Shown in pieces: positions 35,840-47,029 of a stretch of DNA of 64,000 nt. A program made the position numbers and the translations under genes. The first letter of the stretch is position 1; every line of letters starts with the position of its first letter. Below the pieces are notes generated by a model. That model saw only the letters and a program-made list of their open reading frames with translations, searched no databases and was not told the origin of the DNA. Source of the stretch: Mobula hypostoma. Lineage: Eukaryota. Location: the NCBI RefSeq assembly GCF_963921235.1, contig NC_086101.1:6016001-6080000 (forward strand), given 5' to 3'.

Positions 35840-38293
35840 TGAAAGGAGTGGTCATCTATGGTGTGATGTGAGGCAGAGTGGTCGGGCTTTGGCTCCTTCG
35901 GGCTTCGGTGAGGTAAGTGGGTGAGTAGACTTTGTTTTCTTTTCTTTCCATTTTTTAAAAGGAATAAAGAGCGTGTCTGTAGTACTTTGCTCTGGGTGTC
36001 GGATGTGGGAATCCTGGGAATCTTCCAGTCTCCCAGATGCGCTGAGATGCAGCTCCTGGGAGACCGTGTTAGGGACCTGGAGCTGCGGCTTGATGACCTA
36101 CAGCTTATCAGGGAAAGTGAGCTGGAGATAGATAGGAGCTACAAGGATCTAGTCACTCCGAGGCTGCAGGAGTTAAATAAGTGGGTGACTGTCAGGGAAG
36201 GGATGGGAAGAGCTGATAGTAGAGAGCACCCCTGTGGTCGTCCTCCTCAGTAATTGTTATCCCGTTTTCGATGCGGTTGAGGGGGGTGACCTGACAGAGG
36301 ACGACCACGGCGATCGGGTCTCTGGCACTGAGCCTGGTTCCATGGTACAGAAGGGAGAGAAGAAGATGAGGAATATGGTAGTCATAGGGGATTCCATAGC
36401 GAGGGGAACAGACAGAAGGTTCTGTCAGCCTGACCGAGATACCCGCATGGTGTGTTGCCTCCCAGGTGCCAGGGTACGGGATGTCTCGGATCGGGTGCAG
36501 AGTATTCTGAAGGGGAGGGTGAACAGCCAGAAGTCTTGGTACACTTTGGTACCAATGACATAGGTAGAAAAAGGGAGGAGGTCCTGAAGAGAGAATTCAG
36601 GGAGTTGGGTAGGGAGCTGAAAAGCAGGACCTCCAGGGTAGTAATCTCGGGATTTCTGCCTGTGCCACGTGCGAGCGAGTGCAAGAATAGCATGATCAGG
36701 TATATTGATGTGTGGCTGAGAGACTGGTGTTGGGTGGGGGGCACAGGGCTTCAGGGGCCTCTTCTGGGGGAGGTACGACCTGTACAAAAAGGACAGGTTA
36801 CACCCGAACCCAAAGGGATTCAATATCCTAGCCGGTAGGTTTAATAGAGCTGTTAGGGAAGGTTTAAACTAATTTGGCAGGGGGATGGGACCGGAGTGAT
36901 AAGGCTGAGGAAGGGGAAAACAGAAATAAATCAAAGATAGTGTGCAACAGAAATGATAGAAAGGACAGGCAGGAGATGGGGCAGAATCGCAGCCAGTGGA
37001 ATGAGTTACAGGGTAATAGAGGCATGGTGCAGTTAAAACAGAAAGCAACAAATACTTGAATGAAAGTGTTGTATTTGAATGTACGCAGCATAAGAAATAA
37101 AATGGACGATCTTGAAATTCAGCTACAGATTGGCAAGTATAACGTTGTGCCCATCTCTGAAATGTGGCTAAAAGGTGGCAGCCATTGGGCGTTGAATGTC
37201 CAAGGATATACGGTGATCGGCAGAAAACAGAGAGTGGGAATAAAGGGACCCTATTCTGGCTGGCTGCAGGTTACCAGTCGAGTTCCACAGGGGTCGATGC
37301 TGGGACAACTGCTTTTTACATTGTATGTCAATGATTTGGACTCTGGGATAAATGGATTTGCGGCTAAATTTGCCAATGATACAAAGATAGGTGGTGGAGC
37401 GGGTAGTGTTATGGAAACAGAGAGGGTGCAGAGAGACTTAGATAGCTTAGGGAAATGGGCAAAGAAATGGAAAATGAAATACAATGTTGGAAAGTGTATG
37501 GTCATGCACTTTGGTGGAAGAAGTAAATGGACGGACTATTATTTAGATGGGGAGAGAATTCAAAATGCAGAGATGAAAAGGGACTTGGGAGTCCTTGTAA
37601 AGGATACCCTGAATGTTAACCTCCAGGTTGAGTCAGTGGGAGAAAGTTGAATGCAATGTTGGCACTCATCTCAGGAGGTATAGAATGTAAGAGCAGGGAT
37701 ATGATGCACTCATTGAAGGCATTCATTAGACCACACTTGGAGTATTGTGTGCAGTTTTCGGCTCCTTATTTTAGAAAGGATATACTGACATTGGAGAGGA
37801 TTCAGAGAAGATTCACAATGATTCCAGAAAATGAGAGTGTCATCATATGAGGAACATATGGCAGCTATTGGGCTGTATTCCCTGGAATTCAGGAGAATGA
37901 GGGAGGATCTCATAGAAACAATCCATATGTTAAAAGGCCTGAACAGATTAGATATCACAAAGTTATTTCCCATGATAGGGAATTCTAGGTCAAAAGGTCA
38001 TGTCTTCCAGATTGAAGGACATCCATTTGAAACAGAGATGCAGAGGAATTACTTGAGTCCGACGGTGATAAATCTGTGGAATTTGTTACCACGAGTGGCT
38101 GTGGAGGCCAATTCAAAGAGTGCATTTAAGCCAGAGATAGATAGGTTCTTGATTAGCCAGGGCATCGAAGGGTATGGGGAGAAGATAGTGGAGTGGTGAT
38201 GACTGGAAGAATTGAATCAGCCATGATTGAATGGTGGAGCAGACTCTCAGGGCCAAATTGCCTACTTCTGCTCCTATATCTTATGGTCTTATG
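35840..38293 (+). mobile_element. CR1 LINE with ORF1 esterase and a large internal ORF2 deletion
   Basis: VVIGDSIARGTDRRFC; ORF 37060-37650 jumps from the endonuclease start (LYLNVRSI..VQGYT) straight to RT ([22 protein letters not shown]); TCTTATGG tail. Confidence 0.93.
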
Positions 38294-38457
38294 TTGGGTG
38301 ACAGCACGGGATGTTAAACCGGAGCATTTTTCTGCAAGAACAAGCACATGGGGATTCAGTTATAACTTATCTGTGATTTTAATGATCACAGTGAAAAATA
38401 ACCAAACCAATATCATCAGGCTTCCCTATTGTTAGGTTTATGGTTGGCAGAGTGCAT

Positions 38458-38741
38458 TGTGGCGACCCACTTTCTGGCACCCACGAACCGGCTCACAACA
38501 GCGCGCGCAGGCAGAGGGCCGGCCCCAAAAAGGGCGCCAGGCCATCTTCACCAGCAGGGGGAAAATCCCGCGCGCGGTAAGGGTCTGGGAATATACATTC
38601 CCCACAGTAGTCCCACCCGGGGAGGGCGGCAACGGGAAGGCTTTAAAGCAGGCCGCGAAGTTTGAATAAATCTCTTTATCGCAACTCGAACTCATCGACT
38701 CCGTGTGGTTATTCTAGCGCTGTGTGTAGCGCACCGCTACA
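38458..38741 (+). repeat. 5' LTR
   Basis: TGTGGCG...CGCTACA, internal AATAAA, direct repeat of 40502-40787. Confidence 0.95.
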
Positions 38742-38781
38742 TTTGGTGACCCCGACGGCCCAAACGATATTTGGGCCAGAG

Positions 38782-39450
38782 ATGACCGACGCCGCATCTG
38801 TTCACGCAGTTTCGTTACAACTGCCAAGCTTTTGGCCGCTGAGACTTCGTCTGTGGTTGGAACAGGCAGAAGCCCAATTCCACATTCGGCAGATAACCTC
38901 GGAGTCCACTCGCTACTACTACGTGCTGAGCTCCCTCGACCAGGAGACTGCTGCACAAGTTGAGGAGTTTATACAGTCGCCCCCGGAGGACGGCAAATAC
39001 ACAGCATTCAAAGCCCTGCTCATAAGGACTTTTGGACTCTCACGGCGCGAACGAGCACGCCGCCGTCAGCATTAATGAACAAGATGCTGGCCCTGGCTGA
39101 AGGACACAAACCCTGCCTCATGTTTGAGCAGGCGTTCCTAGAGCAACTGCCCGAGGACATATGCCTGATGCTGTCCGACGCAGATTTCAGCAACCCCCGG
39201 GAGGTGGCGGCCCGAGCAGATGTGCTGTGGAATGCCAGGAAAGAGAGAGGGGCATCCGTCGCACAGATCACCAAGCCGCGTACCCAACGACAGACCAGAC
39301 CAGGCCCGGCAGCAGAGCCCAACGAACAAATGGTGCTTCTACCACCAGCGGTGGGGCACAGAGGCCCGCCGCTGTAGACCACCCTGCAAATTCCCGGGAA
39401 ACGCCAAGGCCCAGCCGCCGCTGATGGCTACGGCGGCTGGCCATCAGGAC
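38782..39450 (+). pseudogene. Gypsy gag, frameshifted
   Basis: MTDAASVHAVSLQLPSFW...AEAQFHIRQIT; MNKMLALAEGHKPCLMFEQAFLEQLP; CFYHQRWGTEARRCRPPC, spread over three frames. Confidence 0.85.
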
Positions 39451-40400
39451 AACCGTCCGGCTGGTCTCCAACAGATTCCTGTGGCATGGGCTGCGTAAAC
39501 AGGTCAGTGAATGGGCCAAAACGTGCATGCAGTGCCAAACGGCCAAGGTGCAGCGGCACACCAAGGCTCCGCCGCAGCAGTTCGAACCCACCCGCCCGAG
39601 GTTCGACCACATTCATGTGGATATCGTGGGGCCCCTGCCAGTGTCGCGAGGAGCGCGGTACCTCCTAACTATGATAGACCGGTTCACCAGATGGCCAGAG
39701 GCAGTCCTGCTCACCGACACCACCTCCGAATCCTGCGCCCGAGCACTGATCGCAACCTGGGTAGCCCGCTTCGGGGTACCGGCCCACATTACCTCCGACA
39801 GGGGCGCCCAGTTCACCTCCAGCCTGTGGTCGGCTATGGCCAGACTTTTAGGAACACCGCTACACCACACAACTGCCTACCACCCACAGTCGAACGGACT
39901 AGTGGAGCGTTTCCACCGTCACCTGAAGTCGGCTCTCATGGCCCGCCTGGAGGGGCCTAACTGGGTGGACGAACTTCCCTGGGTCCTGCTTGGAATCCGC
40001 ACGGCGCCCAAAAAGGATCTGCACACCTCGTCGGCCAAGTTGGTGTACGGCGCACCCCTGGTCGTCCCAGGAGAGTTCATACCAGCCCCAAGGGGCCAAG
40101 AGGAAGAACCCACAGCAGTCCTGGACAGACTACGGGAGAGGCTCAGTAACCTAGCCCCCATTCCCACTTCACAGCACGGACAGAGCCCTACCTGCGTACC
40201 CAAAGACCTGCAGAACTGTAAGTTTCTTTTTGTACGACGGGCGGACACCGGGCACCGCTACAGCGGCCCTACGAGGGGCCGTTTAAGGTGATCAGGAACA
40301 GCGGGTCCACGTTCGTGCTGGACATTGGGGGGAGAGAGAGAGGAGGTTTTCACGGTGGACCGACTCAAACCGGCCCATGTGGACTTGGCGCAACCGGTCC
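39451..40400 (+). pseudogene. Gypsy integrase (5'-truncated, C-terminal frameshifts)
   Basis: ORF 39527-40291 with DDE core; YEGPF and TVDRLKPAH motifs in shifted frames. Confidence 0.9.
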
Positions 40401-40501
40401 AGGCTCAGGCACCGCGGCGCAGGGGCAGACCCCGCCAAATAGAGGCCGATCCAGACTGTGGACATTGGGGGAGGTATCGCCGGTTCTGGGGGGGGAGGTT
40501 A

Positions 40502-40787
40502 TGTGGCGAACCACTTTCTGGCACACACGAACCGGCTCACAACAGCCGCGCGCAGGCAGATGGCTGGCCCCAAAAAGGGCGCCAGGCCATCTTCACCAGC
40601 AGGGGGAAAATCCCGCGAGCGGAAAGGGTCTGGGAATATGCATTCCCCACAGCAATCCCGCCCCAGGGAGGGCGGGAACGAGAAGTCTTTAAAACAGGCC
40701 GCGAACTTTGAATAAATCTCTTTATCGCAACTCCAACTCACCGACTCCATGTGGTTATTCTAGCGCTGTGTGTAGCGCACCGCTACA
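40502..40787 (+). repeat. 3' LTR
   Basis: about 21 differences from the 5' LTR by eye; followed by TSD GCAT. Confidence 0.95.
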
Positions 40788-40939
40788 GCATCACACTTCC
40801 CTTTTTGTCGATTTCTGACTTCCATTTGTGCGCCTCCCTCTGATTTGTCAATGTATTGTGACATGAGACAGCTCTTTTCGGGCAACCCGATTCTAATATT
40901 GTGGGCTTTTTTTTAGAACCTAAAGGTGTTTGGGAGCTG

Positions 40940-41350
40940 GTGGGGTAGAGAGATATGGAGATAGAGCTCGAGAGTGAGAGAAATAGAGATACTGTATAGG
41001 GAGCTGGAAACAGAAAGAGAGAAAGGGACAATATAGAGATAGGGAGAATGATGGAGAGATCAAGCCTGCTTGACAGACAGGCAGAGAGAGTGGGAGATAC
41101 AAAACTACCCACCCTCGCCATTCCCAGCATCCTTTGCTCCATCAGATTTACAAACTAACTTTCCGCACCACATTGACGATATAGTACTGTGCAAAAGTCT
41201 TGGATCTAAGGCATTTGCACAGCACTGTAGAGAGAGAAAGAGAGATAGAGATAGAGAGATTGAGAAGGAGGTAGAGAGAGATTAGGAGATAGAGAAATAG
41301 GGAGTGAGATAGATATAGAGAGACAGACAGAGGATGGAGAGAGAGACGAA
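40940..41350. repeat. GA-rich low-complexity tracts
   Basis: degenerate AGAGAT/AGAT repeats. Confidence 0.7.
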
Positions 41351-41652
41351 ACAACCAGATGTTCACATTCTAATAGCAAGTTGATCAGATTGTTCTGGTG
41401 AGAGAGATGGTATGTTGCCCAATGCGAGAGTAAACATTGAAAAATCCTGCAAACTGAGGGACGTGCAGCAAACACTTCCAATGAAGGCATGAATAAATAC
41501 CGTTCAGATTCAGTGGCTGAGATGAACTTTCACGTCGCTCCACATTTCAGAGCAAGACAAACAAGGTTTATTGGCAGGGGTCAGTGGGTCCGTGCAATGT
41601 TGCCGAGGCTCCACCGGCAAGGCTGCAGAAATCCAGAGCTCCTTCACCATCC

Positions 41653-41789
41653 CATCAATCTACTCATGCCTTTGAGGGACTATATGAATATTTTTCACTT
41701 TGCGACTGTATTTTTTTTCCTGATATGGTAACCATATGTGCTTTTGAGATATGTGCTGTGTACAGTGTGCTGTTGGTCATGTGCTTTGC
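41653..41789 (+). repeat. 137-bp inverted duplication, left arm
   Basis: reverse complement of 44465-44601 with one mismatch seen. Confidence 0.92.
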
Positions 41790-41994
41790 TAACCTATTGC
41801 ATTTATATCCTTACAATTAGAGTACTGTGTTACTTATTTCTTTAATAAAACTTTATTAGTTCCTAGTAATCCAGACTCCAACGAGTGGTCCATTTCTGCT
41901 GGTTTGGCAACCCAGTTACGGTGTACGTAACACTATGAATTCACTTTCGAGAACTCTGCAACTCATATTGTCAGTAGTATTATTAATTAATGAA

Positions 41995-42800
41995 AGGAAG
42001 AGGAGAAGATGGTGGTGCGACGCAGCACACGCAGCCTCTCCGGTGCTGATATCTGTTATCTGTCAAGTAGGATGCCGTGCACAATTCTGATTCGATGGAG
42101 GCAAATGTAACAGTACAGAGGAACATCTGGTAAAACTTCTGAAATGCCTGTTTCACTGCCACTGCTACTGTGTGATCCGAAATCTCCGGAGGAAAAGGCC
42201 CCGAATCCTCGGCTTTGCTTGTTGCTTGGCAGCTGGGGCGGGGTCGAAGCGCTCGGCAGAGATAGTGCTCGGTGCTCCGTGTCGGAGGGCTGGTTGGAGG
42301 CTCGAAGTTTTCCGACGGACTCAGAGTTGGACTGTGGTCGGGTGCTTCCAGGATGCTGCATTGGCAAGTTTGTGGCATTGGAAGCTCATCGCAGGGAGAG
42401 CTTCTCCCTTCTACTGTCTGCGTGAGATGGTCATAGTCATAGTCATACTTTATTGATCCCGTGGGAAATTGGTTAAAATTTACTCTTCACCAGAGACACG
42501 TTAGCAGGGTTTTAGATGCACCAGGTTGTGATCTGACCTTCCCAGTGGGGGGAGGGTAGAGGAGCTATCGGAACTTTGAGACTTTTTTTTTTACCGTGCC
42601 CATGGTCTGCCCTTATCAAATTACGGTATTGCTTTGCACTAGCTATATGTTATAATTATGTGGTTTTTGTCAGTTTTAGTCCTGGTCTGTCTTGTGTTTC
42701 TGTGATATCCTATTGGAGGAACATTGTATCATTTTTAATGCATGCATTTCTAAAAGACAATAAATGAGGACTGAGTGTCCTCATAATCTAATCTAATCTG
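41995..42800 (+). mobile_element. same interspersed repeat, copy 2, with extra inserted sequence at ~42430-42560
   Basis: alignable to 2165-2800; (TAATC)n tail. Confidence 0.75.
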
Positions 42801-42929
42801 ATTATTATTATTATTATTATTTTCACAGTACATCTATTATTTGCCAGTCTTTGTTTATGTATAGTTTTTCATTGATGCTGTCATGTTTCCTTGTGGAATC
42901 CCAGAAGAAAATAAAAGTCAGGTCAGGTT

Positions 42930-43495
42930 AATATATTGTGTGCAGTTTTGGTCCCCTAATCTGAGGAAAGACATCTTTGCCATAGAGGGAGTACAAAGAA
43001 GGTTCACCAGATTGATTCCTGGGATGGCAGGTCTTTCATATGAAGAAAGACTGGATGAACTGGGCTTGTACTCGTTGGAATTTAGAAGATTGAGGGGGGA
43101 TCTGATTGAAACGTATAAGATCCTAAAGGGATTGGACAGGCTAGATGCAGGAAGATTGTTCCCGATGTTGGGGAGGTCTAGAACGAGGGGTCACAGTTTG
43201 AGGATAGAGGGGAAGCCTTTTAGGACCGAGGTTAGGAAAAACTTCTTCACACAGAGAGTGGTGAATCTGTGGAATTCTCTGCCACAGCAAACTGTTGAGG
43301 CCAGTTCATTAGCTATGTTTAAAAGGAAGTTAGATATGGCCCTTGTGGCTACAGGGGTCAGGGGGTATGGAGGGAAGGCTGGGTTCTGAGTTGGATGATC
43401 AGCCATGATCATAATAAATGGCGGTGCAGGCTCGAAGGGCCGAATGGCCTACTCCTGCACCTATTTTCTATGTTTCTATGTTTCTATGTTTCTAT
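42930..43495 (+). mobile_element. CR1 LINE 3' fragment (young, frame intact)
   Basis: YCVQFWSP...FFTQRVVNLWNSLP; (CTATGTTT)n tail. Confidence 0.93.
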
Positions 43496-43649
43496 AGTGG
43501 CATGTGCAGACTTTGATAATAAATTTACTTTGGACTTTTGAACTTGATTGCTGACCCACCCGGAAAGGGTGATCCATTTTCCAGTTTTTCAAAACTTCCT
43601 TGCATGGTGAGCATTTCTGGGCACCTTCCCACAGAAAAGTTAACATCAG

Positions 43650-44150
43650 GATTTAAAGGCTGAAGAGAAGGCTTACACAAGTGTTGACAGGGCTTGACAA
43701 CCTCAGATATAGGGAAAGATTGACAAGTATCTGACCTTATTCCTCGGAGCAGAGGAGAATGTGGGGAGATTTGACAAGTATACTCTGTACAAATTTATGA
43801 GGGGTATAGATAGGATTAATCCAAGCAGGCTTCTTCCAGTGAGGTTGGGTGGGACTATAACTGAAGGCCATATGTTGAGGGTGAAAGGTGAAATATTTCA
43901 GAGGAACCGGAAGGAGATCCTTTTCACTAGGAGGGCAGTACGAGTGTGGAACAAGCTGCAGCACAAGTGGTAAGTGCAGGTTCAATTTCAATATTTAAAA
44001 GGTTTGGATAAGTACATTGATGGGAAGGGGAGAAAGAGATATGGTCCGGTGTAAGTGGATTGGACTTGGCAGAATAGCAGTTCAGCACAGACTGGATGGG
44101 CCAAAGAGCCTGTTTCTGAGCTGCAGCATTTGATGACGATGTCTCTATGA
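43650..44150 (+). mobile_element. CR1 3' fragment, old
   Basis: YKFMRGIDR, FTRRAVRVWNKL and CR1 3' UTR. Confidence 0.8.
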
Positions 44151-44464
44151 CAGAAAACTGCAAGAGATTTGCTGAGCCTGGTTTATTTCATGACTCAATT
44201 TATTACTAAAACAGTAACAGTCAGCTTCCTTTGTGGGATGTCCTATTCCCTGTCCAGGGCCAACATGTAGGTGTTGAGAGACTGCCAAATAGTCAACATT
44301 GGGTTTGGAGTGATTGGGAGAGGGAGAAGTGAAGCAGGAGTAGTGGCTGGAAAAAGCATGGAAAGACTCATCTGAACACACTTTCAGTTCAAGTTCAGGT
44401 TTAGTTATCATTCGAACATGAGTGAATATAGCCAAAGGAAACTGCATACTTCTGGTGCCAAGGT

Positions 44465-44601
44465 GCAAAGCACATGACCAACAGCACACTGTACACAGCA
44501 CATATCTCAAAAGCACATATGGTTACCATATCAGGAAAAAAAATACAGTCGCAAACTGAAAAATATTCATATAGTCCCTCAAAGGCATGAGTAGATTGAT
44601 G
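44465..44601 (-). repeat. 137-bp inverted duplication, right arm
   Basis: reverse complement of 41653-41789. Confidence 0.92.
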
Positions 44602-45134
44602 CTGTTGTCCTGATTCAGCTTGTACTTCCACTTCCACACACACAAAATAGTGGAGGAACTTAGCAGACCATGGAGCATCCATGGATGAGAGTAAACAGTC
44701 AACATTCCCAATGAAAGGTCTCGGCCCAAAACATCCACTGTTTACACTTTTCCATAACACTGCTTGGCCTGCTGATTTCCTCCAGTATCTTGTGTGTGTT
44801 CCTTGTATTTCCAGCATCTGCCGATTTCCTCGTGTTTGTTCACACCCAGTTAATTAAATCAAGTGGTATTGGACCGGGTTAATGAAAGGCATGGCCAGAT
44901 TTAAATAGCTCCAACACCCTATCTGCCACAGCCCCACATACTTCCCAACTCTAAACTCCATAACTCCCACTCAGGATCAATAAAGTACTATTATTATTAT
45001 TATTATTCCACTGAGTGATCATCACAGGGCAGGACAGCACCGAGCGAACTTCGGATGCAACATCACCTCGTCTTCTCCTCCATTGGCCAAGTACCACAGG
45101 CGACCCCTGCTGTACTTCTTTATGATAAAGCCTC

Positions 45135-46370
45135 GTCATAAAGAAGTACAGCACAGAAACAGGTGCTTCAGTCAATCTAGTTGATGCTAAACTGTCCATT
45201 CCTATCGACCTGCACTGGGCCATAGCTCTCCATACCCTGCCATCCATGGATCTACCCAAATTTAACATGAACATTGAAATTGAACTCACATGCACCACTT
45301 GTGCCGGCAGCTCATTCCATGCTCTCATGACCCTCTAAGTGAAGAAGCTTCATCTCATGTTCTCCTCAAACTTTTCACTGTACACCCTGCACGAGGACAT
45401 ACCCAATCAAAGCTTTTCCATGGACGGCTTCCAGACCGTTCGGGCTGACCGGAAGTGCACTGAGAGCAGTTAAGCGGAAAGGAATTGGGGGCTTACTGTT
45501 CTGGTTAACAACGGATGGTGTAATCCGGGTCATATTATGATCGAGGAATGAGGACTCCAGTCATATTCCACCGAGATACAATACTGGGCGTCACGGGAGG
45601 TTGTTCCTGCCTGTGGCCATTGAACTTTGCAGCTCATCCCTTGGAGGGTCAGATACCCTGAGCCAATAGGCTGGTCCTGGACTTATTTCCATCTGGCATA
45701 GTTTGCATTTTGTTGTTTGATTTTTGTGGTTTTTGTATTGCTATATTTATGCTCTATTCTTGGTTGGTGCAGCTGTAACGAAACCCAATTTCCCTCGGGA
45801 TCAATAAAGTACATCTATCTATCTATCTAACCCATGACCTCTAGTTGTAGTCCCACCCAACCTCAGGGTAGAAAGACTGCTTGTATTTACCCTATCTATA
45901 CCCCTCATACTTTTGTATATCTCTATGAAGTCTTTCAGTCTTCTACGTTCCAAGGGATAAAGTGCAACATCCTGTAGATTTTCTCTCTATCCTTTCAACC
46001 TTATTTACATCTTTCTTGTAGGTAGGCGACCAAAACGACACATAATGCTCTAAAATAAGCCTAACCAACGTCGTATAAAGCTTCCACATAGCATCCCAGC
46101 TACAGTAATTAATATCTTGATTTATGAAGGCCAACGTGCCAAAGCCTTCTTTACAACCCTACCTACCCGTGACACCATGTTCAATGAATTATGGGCCTTT
46201 ATTCCAAGATCCTTTTGTTCTACCGTTCTCCTCAGCGCCCTACCATTCACTGTGCAAGACCGACCGTGGGTGATCCTACTGAACTGCAACTCCTCGCGCT
46301 TGTTTGCATTAAGTACCATTGTCCATTTTTTCAGTCCATTTTTGCAGCTGAGTCAGATCCTGCTGCAAGC
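45135..46370 (-). mobile_element. CR1 3' fragment interrupted by a Rex1-type insertion
   Basis: LVRLILEHYVSFWSP, QKDLGI; host sequence rejoins across ~45389-45828. Confidence 0.82.
45389..45828 (+). mobile_element. internally deleted Rex1/Babar-type LINE
   Basis: endonuclease remnant GFQTVRADR..VLVNNGWC fused to a 3' end with GGGATCAATAAAGT and (TCTA)n. Confidence 0.65.
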
Positions 46371-47029
46371 CATGACACAACGGCTTGCCACAACCGAGAA
46401 CGCACAGCCAGCGAACTCGCTAATGAACCGTCTGCTGGGATTTGGGAGTGAGGTATTAATTGGAGGAGGAATGGAACCTGATTAATGATAGATAGGAGCG
46501 GTTACAGCAGAGGAAGTGAGAGGAGAGTGGACATCACACTAGCTCCTGTTCCTCATGACCAATGGGTGCTGCTTCACTGCTGTAAATGCATTTTGAATGT
46601 CACAAATAGTTTGTGTGGGCAGTTGTGGGGAGGGGGAGAACCCGTGGATCCACTGGGCAGTTAAAACAAATGAGAAGGAATTTCTTCTCTCGGGGAAGGT
46701 AAATATTTGGGATTCTTTCCCACAGAAAAATGGGTTGCTAAAAAGAAACTACTAGAAGTATACAAACCTACGCATGCACCAACTGGCAGAATGACAAAGG
46801 GATTTGAAAGAGGGTCTCCTCCAATAAATGTCTGAGTAAACGATGAAACTCTTCTCAGTTTCCTACAACATTCCAGCCAGCCTGAGCACCGAGGAAATAG
46901 CTGCAAAGATCATCAAAGCTGTTTATGGCCAAGAATTCATCTTTTTAACCGTATTTCGATACCTCATCTGCTCCATTTAAATATGAGAGGTCACTATTGA
47001 GTCCCAGCACAGCCGTGTACATATGATAG

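Larger units (their letters stand above)
38458..40787 (+). mobile_element. Gypsy LTR retrotransposon, CsRn1-like clade, internally deleted (gag and integrase kept; protease, RT and RNase H missing)
   Basis: LTRs 38458-38741 and 40502-40787 (TG...CA), 4-bp TSD GCAT, PBS TGGTGACCCCGACG (tRNA-Trp) 38744-38757, G-rich PPT before 40502, gag with Cx2Hx9Cx3C, integrase core (HVDIVGPLP, ITSDRGAQFTS, YHPQSNGLVERFH). Confidence 0.95.

Noticed and set aside
38744..38757. tRNA gene
   Set aside because: Only a 14-nt primer-binding site complementary to tRNA-Trp; no cloverleaf
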